Source: Saprospiraceae bacterium
GTDB lineage: Bacteria; Bacteroidota; Bacteroidia; Chitinophagales; Saprospiraceae
DNA length: 37,930 bases
Assembly: GCA_023299965.1 (NCBI GenBank)
Contig: JALZVN010000329.1
Coordinates: 1-37,930, forward strand
Reading direction: 5' to 3'
Of this stretch, positions 16,590 through 26,061 are shown piece after piece (position 1 is the stretch's first letter; each line of letters begins with the position of its first letter). The notes below the pieces were generated by a model that saw only the letters and a list, made by a program, of their open reading frames with translations, was not told the origin of the DNA and did no database searches. The position numbers and the translations under genes were made by a program.

Positions 16590-18146
16590 TTAGGCTAAGT
16601 ATCTCGCTACTGCTTTAGCTACATTTTGCCCATCCATCGCAGCGGAGACTATGCCACCAGCGTATCCAGCTCCTTCTCCACATGGAAACAATCCTTCTGC
16701 GTCCTCATGCATATAAGATTCTTTATTTCTAGGTATTTTGACTGGGCTACTGGTCCTGGATTCTACACCGATCACATTGGCCTCCTGAGTGTAGTATCCA
16801 CGCATCATTTTACCAAATTGCTGTACCCCCTCTCGAAGTCGCTGATAAATGCTCTCCGGTAGTAGCTCATGCATCGGCGCTGGATATAGCGTAGGGATAT
16901 AACTACTCGCCGCGAGATCAGTAGACAAGCTACCTTGTACAAAGTCTGTAAGACGCTGTGCTGGTGCTCTTTGTGATCCATCGCCATAGGCAAATAGCTT
17001 CTGCTCCACAGCTTGCTGAAAAGCTAAGCCGGCAAAAACGCCATGATCCTGATAGGCTTCGAGATCTTCTTTCTCTACAGCGACCACGGTGCCAGCATTC
17101 GCAAAGGGGGAATCTCTACGAGACAGAGACATTCCATTGACTACAATCTCACCAGGGGCAGTCGCAGCAGGTACCACCAAACCGCCTGGACACATACAAA
17201 AAGAAAATACTCCTCTCTCTCCTACCTGACAAGCTAATGAGTAACTCGCCGCAGGCAGATGCTCTCCCCTATCTTTTCGACTGTACTGGACTTCATCTAT
17301 AATAGTCTGGGGGTGCTCGATTCGCACACCAAGCGCAAATGGCTTGGCTTCAATAGTCACCCCACGCTTATGCAGCAATCTATAGACATCGCGTGCGGAA
17401 TGGCCAGTAGCTAAGATCACTGACTCAGCCCGGTGTTGTATATCGCCATCGACGATCACACCAGTGCATTTGCCTTTTTCCAAGATGAGGTCTGTCATAG
17501 TAGTATCGAAGTGCACTTCTCCCCCAAATTGTTCTATTGTTTCTCTTATGTTCTGTACGATTTTGGGCAGCTTATTACTTCCTATATGAGGATGCGCGTC
17601 GATCAGAATATCCGTCTGTGCCCCATGCTCTACCAACAATTCTAGCACTCTTATTATCTTTCCTCGCTTTTGTGATCGAGTATACAATTTTCCATCTGAG
17701 TAGGTACCTGCCCCTCCTTCTCCAAAACAATAATTGGACTTATCGTTGACGAAACCATCTTGCTGGATAGCCTTTAGGTCTTTGCGGCGTGATCGCACAT
17801 CCTTACCCTGCTCGATGATTATGGGTCTATATCCTAAGTCTATCAGCTCCAGTGCCGCAAAATATCCTGCTGGACCAGCACCAATAATTAAGATTTTAGG
17901 GCGATCTTTGACGATGTGAAAATGACTTAAAATAGTCTCTTTTTCCAGTGGATCTTCGTCCACATAAAACTTCAATCTATACACATAGACTGGATTGCGC
18001 TTGCGTGCGTCAATCGATCTACGCATCACCTCCCAGTGCTTGATCCGAGGTCGTTTTACAGACAGCTTCTTCGCACCTTTTTCGCACAAGTATTCTTCAT
18101 CCCCTACATGAGCTAAGTCTATTCTTACTTCGACCTCTTTTATCAT
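16590..18146 (-). CDS. NAD(P)/FAD-dependent oxidoreductase (COG2509-like)
   Basis: Rossmann motif ILIIGAGPAGYFAALEL, then GEGGAGTYSDGKLYTR and a C-terminal FPCGEGAGYAGGIVSAAMDG. The start is moved to ATG 18146 (MIKEVEVRIDL...), because the 67 upstream codons of the raw ORF are not family-like. Confidence 0.8.
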   Translation of the reverse strand: MIKEVEVRIDLAHVGDEEYLCEKGAKKLSVKRPRIKHWEVMRRSIDARKRNPVYVYRLKFYVDEDPLEKETILSHFHIVKDRPKILIIGAGPAGYFAALELIDLGYRPIIIEQGKDVRSRRKDLKAIQQDGFVNDKSNYCFGEGGAGTYSDGKLYTRSQKRGKIIRVLELLVEHGAQTDILIDAHPHIGSNKLPKIVQNIRETIEQFGGEVHFDTTMTDLILEKGKCTGVIVDGDIQHRAESVILATGHSARDVYRLLHKRGVTIEAKPFALGVRIEHPQTIIDEVQYSRKDRGEHLPAASYSLACQVGERGVFSFCMCPGGLVVPAATAPGEIVVNGMSLSRRDSPFANAGTVVAVEKEDLEAYQDHGVFAGLAFQQAVEQKLFAYGDGSQRAPAQRLTDFVQGSLSTDLAASSYIPTLYPAPMHELLPESIYQRLREGVQQFGKMMRGYYTQEANVIGVESRTSSPVKIPRNKESYMHEDAEGLFPCGEGAGYAGGIVSAAMDGQNVAKAVARYLA

Positions 18147-18430
18147 GGGGCAAAGATAGTTGAAATATTCTATGTTCACTTTTTCAATGAACTTAGCTAC
18201 ACTGAATGCGCTATGATCGATTGTGTACTCGTCTAGAGTGCCATTTTTATAAAACTCTGAATAAAACATACTAGCCCGCCAAAGATGAACTTTGCATCTG
18301 TTCTGGAAGAATTTCATGTAGACAATGAATGGGCTTGCTAGAGGCACCCTTTAATAATTACTTACTTGATGATGTGTCTGTCCTACAGGAACGCAGAATT
18401 GAACAGTGTACAATGAAATAATGATTGTTG

Positions 18431-18640
18431 ATTTTGATTTGGGGGCTCCCCTTGCCTATTGGAATTTTCCATTTTGATTCGTACTCATCTATGGTTCACA
18501 GCGCTGTTAAAGATTGGCAATTAGCAACGGCAAGGGTCGGGTCATTCGCAGCGCGGTCTCAGACAAAACGCTGAAAATAGCGCTTTGTCTGAGACTGGTC
18601 AGCACAGCTGCCCACTGCTACTACCCCTAGCCCGGAGGTT
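18431..18640 (-). repeat. GC-rich hairpin-dense intergenic element, copy C
   Basis: Stem GTCTCAGACAAA (18556-18567)/TTTGTCTGAGAC (18584-18595). Complements of the GACCCGAC (18536-18543), CCATAGATGAGTA (18482-18494) and CCCCCAAATCAAA (18434-18446) boxes are shared with copies D and B. Confidence 0.55.
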
Positions 18641-18823
18641 ATACCAATTGAACTATAAAATCACCCACATATTTAGATATAATTAACTAATCTCTGCGCC
18701 TTCCGGCCGGCATAGGCAGGTTAAAAATGCTCACGATAGCTGAGGCTATCATTGCGTTTTTTGCCTTGATATAAGTCATTTCTATTCTAAATCTTCTGGA
18801 TAGTTTTATAATACAATTGGTAT
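18641..18823. repeat. ~183-bp MITE-like unit bounded by 20-nt imperfect terminal inverted repeats
   Basis: ATACCAATTGAACTATAAAA (18641-18660) versus the complement of TTTTATAATACAATTGGTAT (18804-18823) gives 17 of 20 matches. The interior carries a GC-rich CCGGCCGG segment and the hairpin GATAGC-TGAG-GCTATC. I saw no clear target-site duplication. Confidence 0.4.
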
Positions 18824-18866
18824 TAGAGGCAAATTTATTGCTTGATTATTGATGATGTGAATCTAC

Positions 18867-18901
18867 AAAAAGAAAAGCCCAAGAGCGGGATGCTCTAGGG
18901 C
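18867..18901 (-). terminator. Intrinsic terminator after the 18944-19372 gene
   Basis: GCCC(A)AGAGC-GGGA-TGCTCT(A)GGGC hairpin (18877-18901), followed on the minus strand by TTTTCTTTTT. It lies 43 nt downstream of the stop. Confidence 0.5.
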
Positions 18902-18943
18902 CTTGTTAAATATATTATTTAAATCAAAAACTTAATTCTGATT

Positions 18944-19372
18944 CTACTTTTCTTCTTTCTCGTCTGTTGAGGAAAGTACAGATTCTTGACGTGTTATCTT
19001 TGAACCATTGATATTGAATGATTTGGGATAATAAATAACGGAGACTACTGATTCATTAACCACCAATTCTTTACGATCAACTGGTACAGCACTTATTTTT
19101 GCTGTAGCACTGGAAGCTTTTATTTCACAGAAATATCTTCCCTTTCCTACGTATCTAGTAAAGAGACTCTTTGGAGTATCCCATACTTTAACTGTCGTTT
19201 CTACGAGGACATAATCTGCTTCCCAAGGCTCGAATTTTATTTCACCAAAAAGGTCGAATTCAACTGCGTTGTAAGCATCAATTTCAAAGTCTTTGTTAAT
19301 TATTTTACCGTGTTGTGCTGTTGCTATCAGGGATGATAATAGCAGTACACCTAAAATCAGATATTTAGCCAT
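18944..19372 (-). CDS. Small secreted protein of unknown function (paralog 1)
   Basis: Signal peptide MAKYLILGVLLLSSLIATAQ. Body homologous to the neighbouring 19602-20036 product (shared K.F...V..DL.G.I....W....V.VE....GRY pattern). Confidence 0.6.
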   Translation of the reverse strand: MAKYLILGVLLLSSLIATAQHGKIINKDFEIDAYNAVEFDLFGEIKFEPWEADYVLVETTVKVWDTPKSLFTRYVGKGRYFCEIKASSATAKISAVPVDRKELVVNESVVSVIYYPKSFNINGSKITRQESVLSSTDEKEEK

Positions 19373-19601
19373 ATTGTTTAGTGTTTTTTATGTAACCGGA
19401 CAATGGCAAGATCGCTCAAAAAGTCGACTGGAGCAATCACCATATCAGGGTAATTTTTACATTATTATATGTTGTAATATAACACCATAACATACATAAA
19501 GATTGCAATACTAAACAAAAAATAAAATTTTATACGACATTAGAATCCGATACCCAGCAGAATGTGCTGAATGATAAACGCTAATCTAAGAGAATAACAA
19601 A

Positions 19602-20036
19602 TTACTTCTTATCATCTATACGAACAGAAGTCAACTCCGCTTCTCGGATATTAACTCCAGAAGGAACGCTGATTACGAAAGTAACCTCATCAATAAGCGT
19701 CTTGCCTTTGACTTTGACGTCTCTTTCGAGTCCCGGTATACTTATTTGAAAAGCATCCTCTGTCTCCGCTGATTTGAGATTATATCTTCCGGCTTTGATA
19801 AGCGATTTGAGCAACATTTCATTACCATTTTTCAGGGAAATAAGCATTTCTACGCGAACTACTGCGGAATTCCACTCTTTAACTTCGATATCTCCCTCTA
19901 AGTCTAAATCAACAACATCATTTCCTTGTAAATTAAATGATTTGACTAAAGTTTTCTCTACTGCTTGTTGAGCATGAAGAGCAATTACAAAACAAAAGGA
20001 GAATGCGAGTGAAATTAGTTTCTTATAGTAATCCAT
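19602..20036 (-). CDS. Small secreted protein of unknown function (paralog 2)
   Basis: Signal peptide (LISLAFSFCFVIALHAQ). Alignable by eye with paralog 1 over roughly 100 aa. Confidence 0.6.
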   Translation of the reverse strand: MDYYKKLISLAFSFCFVIALHAQQAVEKTLVKSFNLQGNDVVDLDLEGDIEVKEWNSAVVRVEMLISLKNGNEMLLKSLIKAGRYNLKSAETEDAFQISIPGLERDVKVKGKTLIDEVTFVISVPSGVNIREAELTSVRIDDKK

Positions 20037-20112
20037 AATAAATAGTTTGCGTATAGAAGTAATCTAAGAACAATAAACTAAATATTCAAGTATTTATAAA
20101 ATAATATTCTTT

Positions 20113-20922
20113 TTAACGGATGGAATGCCTAATATTAACAAGTTTCATCAACAACTCTTCCATTTCAGCTAAAGGAAGCATATTTGCTCCATCTGACTTA
20201 GCTTGACTAGGATCGGGGTGTGTTTCTATAAATAAGCCATCTACACCTACTGCTACACCTGCTTTGGCAATGGTATTAATCAAAGCAGGTTTACCGCCTG
20301 TAACCCCATTGGCTTGGTTGGGCTGCTGTAATGAGTGCGTGCAATCCAAGATGACTGGTACATTATAGCTTTGCATTACTGGAATTGCGCGAAAATCAAC
20401 GACTAAATCTCCATATCCAAAGGTTGTCCCCCGCTCCATGAGCGCCACGTTCGGATTACCACTGTCTTGTACTTTCTTTATCGCAAACTGCATGGCCTCT
20501 GGGGACATGAATTGTCCTTTTTTGATGCTGACAAAACGTCCACTCTTCGCAGCTGCTACCAACAAATCAGTTTGTCTACAAAGAAAAGCGGGTATTTGCA
20601 GTACATCCGCAACTTGAGCAGCAGCAGCTACTTCATTTACTGCATGAATATCCGTCGTAATAGGTACACTGAAGCGATCTTTTACCTTTTGGAGTATGCT
20701 CAAGGCAAGTGCATCGCCTATCCCAGTAAAGGAGTCTAAACGGGTTCTATTCGCTTTTCGATAAGAAGCTTTAAATATAAATGGAATTTTGAGTTTGTCT
20801 GTAATACTGACCATGTGTTCTGCTACAGCCATACAGATCTCCTCACTTTCTACCGCACAAGGTCCCGCTATAAGAAAGAAATTGCCGGCATCTCTATGCT
20901 TTATATTTTGGATTTGATTCAT
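20113..20922 (-). CDS. kdsA: 3-deoxy-8-phosphooctulonate (KDO-8-P) synthase
   Basis: Motifs FFLIAGPCAVESEE, FKASYRKANRTRLDSFTG, LQIPAFLCRQTDL, DCTHSLQQPN and KSDGANML. Start placed at MNQIQNIKH (20922), the usual family N-terminus; the raw ORF begins 12 codons earlier (20958). Confidence 0.9.
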   Translation of the reverse strand: MNQIQNIKHRDAGNFFLIAGPCAVESEEICMAVAEHMVSITDKLKIPFIFKASYRKANRTRLDSFTGIGDALALSILQKVKDRFSVPITTDIHAVNEVAAAAQVADVLQIPAFLCRQTDLLVAAAKSGRFVSIKKGQFMSPEAMQFAIKKVQDSGNPNVALMERGTTFGYGDLVVDFRAIPVMQSYNVPVILDCTHSLQQPNQANGVTGGKPALINTIAKAGVAVGVDGLFIETHPDPSQAKSDGANMLPLAEMEELLMKLVNIRHSIR

Positions 20923-20976
20923 CGAGTATGGTTTTGTGGCTGTAAACCAAGTAGTCAAAAGTATGTAGAAGGTGTT

Positions 20977-21975
20977 CTAGTACTTCAACCTAGCCCGCGG
21001 AAATTCTTTTTTGATCTCTATCATTAGCGCCTCTAAATCTTGCTCTGTCTGATATTCAAGAGTGATCAAAGTAGAAATCAAGCCGTTGCTTTTTTCAAAA
21101 CTGGACGCCTCATATCCAAGCTCTTTAATTAATCTCAACTGTTTGTTGACATTATCTAAGTTACCAAAGGTATTGGTGATGATAGTAGCTGTAAGGGATA
21201 CTGATGCCATGTAGTTATCGGCACTCATCAACTTTTGGCGTACTATAATATCCTCCATGTTTCCCATATCACTATCTGGAGCTAGACCATCACTAGATGC
21301 AATGATAACTTCTTGATCTTGTGGACTTACATTGTAGTTTGTAGGTACTTTTTTATACTCTGCTGTGGCAGCCTCTACCCATTGATATTTTGATAAAAAT
21401 ATCATTAATAAGGTAAAGCACGATAGTACCATACCTATTCTAACCAAGCTACTTCTAGACTTTGCAGGAGCAATAATACTTTCTTTGGTACCAGCGCCAG
21501 GGGTACCAGCACCAGGGGTATTCAAATCCTCAGGCTCAGCTTTAACTATAGCTTTTGATACGGGCTTAAGTTGCAAGGTCTTACTCGTAAAAGGTATCGC
21601 CTCATTATTAACATCGATAGGCTCAAAGCGTAATGCCCCTTGTTCATTAATAGAACAGATGCCCAACTCTGGGAGCTCAACTTTTTTGTGATCCGATAAC
21701 TGAGAAACAAACTTTGTGATAAAATCATCCATGATGGTGCTTTCAGGATGATTAAATGTAAAAAACTCAGAGAATCTAGTATCTGATTCTTCTAAATCAG
21801 CCACAAATGAAATATTAGAGGTAGCTGGATGTAGTGTCTTGGTATCTTCATCGACACTAGCTGTTTGATGCTCCACTATAAAGCGCCCAAAACCAGGGAT
21901 ACAAGCTTTATTTTCCAAGCTTAGAAAATAAGCAACCTCTTCACTGACCAACGATATAGTGTCCAATTCAACCAT
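20977..21975 (-). CDS. HU-like N-terminal domain / SPOR-like C-terminal domain protein with one membrane-spanning segment
   Basis: N-terminus IPGFGRFIVEHQ resembles the HU-CCDC81-type fold. A central hydrophobic helix (LVRIGMVLSCFTLLMIFL) and a C-terminal ~75 aa SPOR-like repeat follow. The assignment is from memory of this Bacteroidota architecture. Confidence 0.5.
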   Translation of the reverse strand: MVELDTISLVSEEVAYFLSLENKACIPGFGRFIVEHQTASVDEDTKTLHPATSNISFVADLEESDTRFSEFFTFNHPESTIMDDFITKFVSQLSDHKKVELPELGICSINEQGALRFEPIDVNNEAIPFTSKTLQLKPVSKAIVKAEPEDLNTPGAGTPGAGTKESIIAPAKSRSSLVRIGMVLSCFTLLMIFLSKYQWVEAATAEYKKVPTNYNVSPQDQEVIIASSDGLAPDSDMGNMEDIIVRQKLMSADNYMASVSLTATIITNTFGNLDNVNKQLRLIKELGYEASSFEKSNGLISTLITLEYQTEQDLEALMIEIKKEFPRARLKY

Positions 21976-22155
21976 TGCGCAAATATATATAAATAAATCT
22001 TAATCAGTCCTATTCGTAAAGGCTTATACCTTTTATAAAACGCATACTTTTCAAGAGCAGCATTGAAGTAGGAATAGTGTAAAATTGTATAGGCTAAGCC
22101 CTTTTCTTTAGTACATTTTCTACCTTTTGGACTAAAAGAATACTAGATTTGCTAT

Positions 22156-23463
22156 ATGAAATCTGTAGTAAAAAATAGAGAAAAGTCTGCTCAGCTGTTT
22201 GCTGAAGCCAAGCAATACTTCCCTGGAGGAGTAAATTCGCCTGTCCGTGCTTTCAAATCTGTATCTGGTCCACCTTTGTTTATTAAGGAGGCTATGGGGA
22301 GTAAAATTATTGATGAAGATGATAACACTTATCTTGATTTTTGCTGTAGTTGGGGACCACTAATCTTAGGGCATAACAACCCACACATCAGAGAGAAAGT
22401 AATTGCTACGATATCGAAAGGTACTTCTTTTGGGACGCCTACTAGACTTGGCAATGAACTTGGTAAACTGATAATAGAAAATAATAGATACATAGACAAA
22501 ATTCGATTTGTCAGTTCAGGTACGGAAGCGGTTATGTCGGCGATTAGATTGGCTAGAGGCTACACTGGTCGAAGCAAAATCATAAAATTTGAAGGCTGCT
22601 ATCACGGTCATGTCGATTCTCTTTTGGTAAAGGCGGGTTCGGGATTAGCTACTTTTGGCGAGAGTACATCAGCAGGTATTCCAGACGCATTTGTGCAAGA
22701 AACCATAGTCTTGCCTTTAGCGGACTCAGAAGCCCTCCATAATGTTATGCAAGAAATAGGTGATGAAATTGCTTGCATCATTATTGAACCTATCCCTGCA
22801 AATAACGGTTTGCTTTTGCAGGACAAGAACTTTCTAGAGTGCTTACGTAAGAAATGCTATCGCCATGGTGCACTACTTATTTTCGATGAAGTCATCTCTG
22901 GTTTACGGGTTGGCTTTGAAGGAGCAGCACATCATTATGGCATCCAACCTGATATCCTGACCTATGGTAAGATCATTGGTGGTGGTCTTCCGGTAGGTGC
23001 CTATGGCGCAAGCCATGAGATTATGGGTCATGTAGCGCCTGATGGACCTGTTTATCAAGCAGGTACCTTATCTGCTAATCCTGTCGCCATGGCAGCTGGT
23101 TACGCCGCCTTAGAGCAGCTATTAGAACCTAATTTCTATACAGACTTAACGAATAAGACTAAAGCTTTTGTTGAGGACATTATGCAATTTGCTACCGCTG
23201 AAAACATGCCCATAACGATTCCTACTATTGGTTCCATCTTTTGGATTGCCTTTACGGAAGATCGCATACAGCGCGCTGATCAAATAGATCCAGAGTCTAT
23301 GGAGAAATTCAAAGTATTGCATCATGAGCTATTGCAAAGAGGGGTTTATTTAGGACCTAGTGGGTATGAAGTAGGTTTTGTTTCTGCTGCACACACGGAG
23401 GAGGATCTAAAAGAGGCCGCACACCATATGAAGGAATGTCTCAAAATTGTATTCCATCAATAG
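22156..23463 (+). CDS. hemL: Glutamate-1-semialdehyde 2,1-aminomutase
   Basis: Motifs PGGVNSPVRAFKSV, SGTEAVMSAIRLARGYTGR, FDEVISGLRV and the PLP-lysine region TYGKIIGGGLPVGAYG. Confidence 0.9.
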   Translation: MKSVVKNREKSAQLFAEAKQYFPGGVNSPVRAFKSVSGPPLFIKEAMGSKIIDEDDNTYLDFCCSWGPLILGHNNPHIREKVIATISKGTSFGTPTRLGNELGKLIIENNRYIDKIRFVSSGTEAVMSAIRLARGYTGRSKIIKFEGCYHGHVDSLLVKAGSGLATFGESTSAGIPDAFVQETIVLPLADSEALHNVMQEIGDEIACIIIEPIPANNGLLLQDKNFLECLRKKCYRHGALLIFDEVISGLRVGFEGAAHHYGIQPDILTYGKIIGGGLPVGAYGASHEIMGHVAPDGPVYQAGTLSANPVAMAAGYAALEQLLEPNFYTDLTNKTKAFVEDIMQFATAENMPITIPTIGSIFWIAFTEDRIQRADQIDPESMEKFKVLHHELLQRGVYLGPSGYEVGFVSAAHTEEDLKEAAHHMKECLKIVFHQ

Positions 23464-23506
23464 TGACTTTTTACGCTGTTTCCGTTATCACATAAATCTT
23501 TACATT

Positions 23507-23878
23507 TTGAAAAAATTTAGCATTTTGTTATTTTTATTGGTCTCCTCCTCTATCCTACTAGTAAGCTGCGGAGAGGAATTGGCAGACGACGTGATTGGCA
23601 CATGGACGGTTATTTCCTGGACCGTAGAAGGAGCTGAAAAAGCAGATAACATCAAGGTTAAGTTCATCTTTAATTCAGACAAAAGCTACGAAGCGCATTA
23701 CGGTGCTACAGCCGAAAAAGGGACCTTTAGGATATTTGGAAGAAACCTATATACTACTGCTGAAGGTAAATTAGAAAAACTCGTAAAGTTTGATTTCGAT
23801 GAGGATCTCAATATGATTTTTGCGATGAATCGCGTAGGAACATCAGAAAGAATGGTCCTTCAAAAGGAAATGGAATAA
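23507..23878 (+). CDS. Small lipoprotein, lipocalin-like
   Basis: With a TTG start at 23507 the product begins MKKFSILLFLLVSSSILLVSCGEE (lipobox LVSC). GTWTVISW is typical of lipocalin-like domains. The raw ORF start (23447) overlaps hemL and adds a non-signal extension. Confidence 0.5.
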   Translation: MKKFSILLFLLVSSSILLVSCGEELADDVIGTWTVISWTVEGAEKADNIKVKFIFNSDKSYEAHYGATAEKGTFRIFGRNLYTTAEGKLEKLVKFDFDEDLNMIFAMNRVGTSERMVLQKEME

Positions 23879-23880
23879 TT

Positions 23881-25839
23881 TTATTCATTACATCCACTGG
23901 AAGAAAAAGTAACATCCCCTACTTTATATGCTACAAAGTCAGGTACTAATGCTGGTCCAGATAAGTTGGACACCTCGAATATCAAAGCATTATTCTGCCA
24001 CTGTGTTGATAGTGGGTTAATGTCCTCAAAGACCATATCAGTTCTTGCAATGATATAAGATTGTTGTTGCGGAAAATCTTCTATAAACTGCAATAATAAG
24101 AACTGAGTAAATAGGATATCATTTACACTAACTGCTCCATCATTATTCACATCTGCTACCAAATATTCGTAAGGATCATCAAATCGATTGACGAAGGTAA
24201 TGTGATTAATTGTTCTTGTGATATCTGAAATACTTAGACCATCTCTACTACAATTATCATTTGATGCGGACACAAAATAGTTTGAACTCATTTGCAAGTT
24301 AAAGAAGGCATAATTACCGCCATCATCTGTAAATGTAGAATCAATCATAGTACCTCGAGATTGAGGAAAGTTTCCATTGCTATTTAGATATACTTTTGAA
24401 TTTACCATAGGTCCTCCGTTGACATCTAATATTTTACCAGAAATGCTTCCAGTGTTAGCAGTAGCGTTGCTCGGATCTAAACCTTGTTGTACCAAATTTC
24501 CAGCGCTGATGGGATCAAGCCAATCTCTAAGACTAGTGCCAGAAGAGCCTCCTCCTGTCCAGGATAAGGACAGTCTTCCAGAATAGGCTTTTGCCTGATC
24601 ACATAATGCATCTCCACCATGAAGTTGAGCCAGAATTAATCCATCATTGTCGAATAAAGGCGAACCTGAAGATCCACCTTGATACGCACCAAGATCTATG
24701 AAAGCTCTATAGTGTGATCTAGGAGAAGTGGTCAAGTCGTTGTCCCAGTCAATTGTACTATTGAAAACAATAAGTCTATCAAATTCTTGTGAAATCTTTT
24801 TTACATCTCCCACTGGATGGTGAATAAGTGTGGTCGTATCAGGTCTATAATCCTGCATTCTATTCCATCCTGCAAAATAGGCATTATAAGAAGCCGGGAT
24901 AGAATTGAAAATTCTTAACAATTCAAAGTCACTATCAGCATATCCTGCAATCTGAGCACATCCCATCAACCAGTCAAAAGCTGGAGCTTCTCCTCCGGTA
25001 TTACAAAAAGGACTCGTAAAATTGAAGTCAAATCTATAGAAACTATACATTGGAGTCAATTCACTTACACAGTGAAATGCAGTCAAAACATAAGGTGTCA
25101 TATCCTGCGCGGTATTATTAATCAAGGAACCAGAGCAGTATACCATACCTTCTTCGGTAGACATGATAATTCTAACTACACTTCGCTCGGCGTCTTGGAA
25201 GGTGCTTTCTGTAAAGCAATTAATATTTACTTGGCATTCCCAAGAGTCTCCAAAATCTCTGTTGTTACTTGCGGAAACACTTTCAGGAAAGTAGTCTTTG
25301 TACATCCTTTCGATATTGAACAGATCAATACTCCCTTGCCCTTTGACATTTGCAGGTTCGTAATATTCTAAAATGATATCTGAACCAGCCACTGGTCCTG
25401 CCAATAGATTTCCTTCAGGGCCGACTTTCTCGCTTGTAATTCTTGAAAATATGTGCTTTCCAGTAGAAGAATAAAGATCAATGTAAGCCCCAGCAGGTAA
25501 ATCAATATTTTTAAGCATGAAAGCCATTCCATATGTGTTGTCACAATGGAAGTTTGCTCTCCATAGACGATCTCCATTTTTTAGTGTATGCCATGCGCCA
25601 GAATTTTCAAAATTGAGGTTTACCTTAGTGGGAATAGATACTCTATCCTGCCAATTATTGGCAGCATCAATTGATTTAACCGCATCATACTCTATATCAG
25701 GGAGATTTTGTTTTTTAAGTTCAGGAAGGTTTGAATTGGATATTCCAATAGGTGTCTGCGTTTGCGCAGCTAAAGATACCGTTATGCATAAAAATACTAG
25801 CGGTAAAAAAAGTTTTCTAAAGGTAGAAGTGTTGTCCAT
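23881..25839 (-). CDS. Secreted S1-family (trypsin/lysyl-endopeptidase-like) serine protease with C-terminal CarboxypepD_reg-like and dockerin-like modules
   Basis: Signal peptide, catalytic His in LTAFHCV and catalytic Ser in GGSSGSPLF. Further on come GSISGKILDVNGGPMVNSKVYL...DDGGNYAFFNL (Cna-B/CarboxypepD_reg-like) and ADVNNDGAVSVNDILF (dockerin/EF-hand-like Ca loop). Confidence 0.7.
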   Translation of the reverse strand: MDNTSTFRKLFLPLVFLCITVSLAAQTQTPIGISNSNLPELKKQNLPDIEYDAVKSIDAANNWQDRVSIPTKVNLNFENSGAWHTLKNGDRLWRANFHCDNTYGMAFMLKNIDLPAGAYIDLYSSTGKHIFSRITSEKVGPEGNLLAGPVAGSDIILEYYEPANVKGQGSIDLFNIERMYKDYFPESVSASNNRDFGDSWECQVNINCFTESTFQDAERSVVRIIMSTEEGMVYCSGSLINNTAQDMTPYVLTAFHCVSELTPMYSFYRFDFNFTSPFCNTGGEAPAFDWLMGCAQIAGYADSDFELLRIFNSIPASYNAYFAGWNRMQDYRPDTTTLIHHPVGDVKKISQEFDRLIVFNSTIDWDNDLTTSPRSHYRAFIDLGAYQGGSSGSPLFDNDGLILAQLHGGDALCDQAKAYSGRLSLSWTGGGSSGTSLRDWLDPISAGNLVQQGLDPSNATANTGSISGKILDVNGGPMVNSKVYLNSNGNFPQSRGTMIDSTFTDDGGNYAFFNLQMSSNYFVSASNDNCSRDGLSISDITRTINHITFVNRFDDPYEYLVADVNNDGAVSVNDILFTQFLLLQFIEDFPQQQSYIIARTDMVFEDINPLSTQWQNNALIFEVSNLSGPALVPDFVAYKVGDVTFSSSGCNE

Positions 25840-26061
25840 GGGCGACTAGAATATCCTTTTGTGATTTACACCAAAAAAACAATATAGTGGCTTTGAAATG
25901 GCATGTCAAAGATTATCAATTCTTATTGAGAAAAATAACCCCAATAGGGTACGTTTTCAGAACATAATGTGTGGGGATGGGCAATTATTTTGAAGCAATC
26001 TGAGTATATGTAACAAGTATACGTAATATCAATCTCCTCGTTCGCTAAAGGAAAAAAGAAT

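Noticed and set aside
16626-17919. Seven plus-strand and one minus-strand ORF of 60-78 aa overlapping the FAD-dependent oxidoreductase.
   Set aside because: They are antisense or out of frame relative to a well-supported CDS, and carry no motifs.
18601-18625. GCCCACTG-containing stretch in copy C that superficially recalls the cobalamin-riboswitch B12 box.
   Set aside because: The surrounding conserved riboswitch core elements are absent, the downstream gene is unrelated to B12, and the orientation and context fit the repeat family instead.
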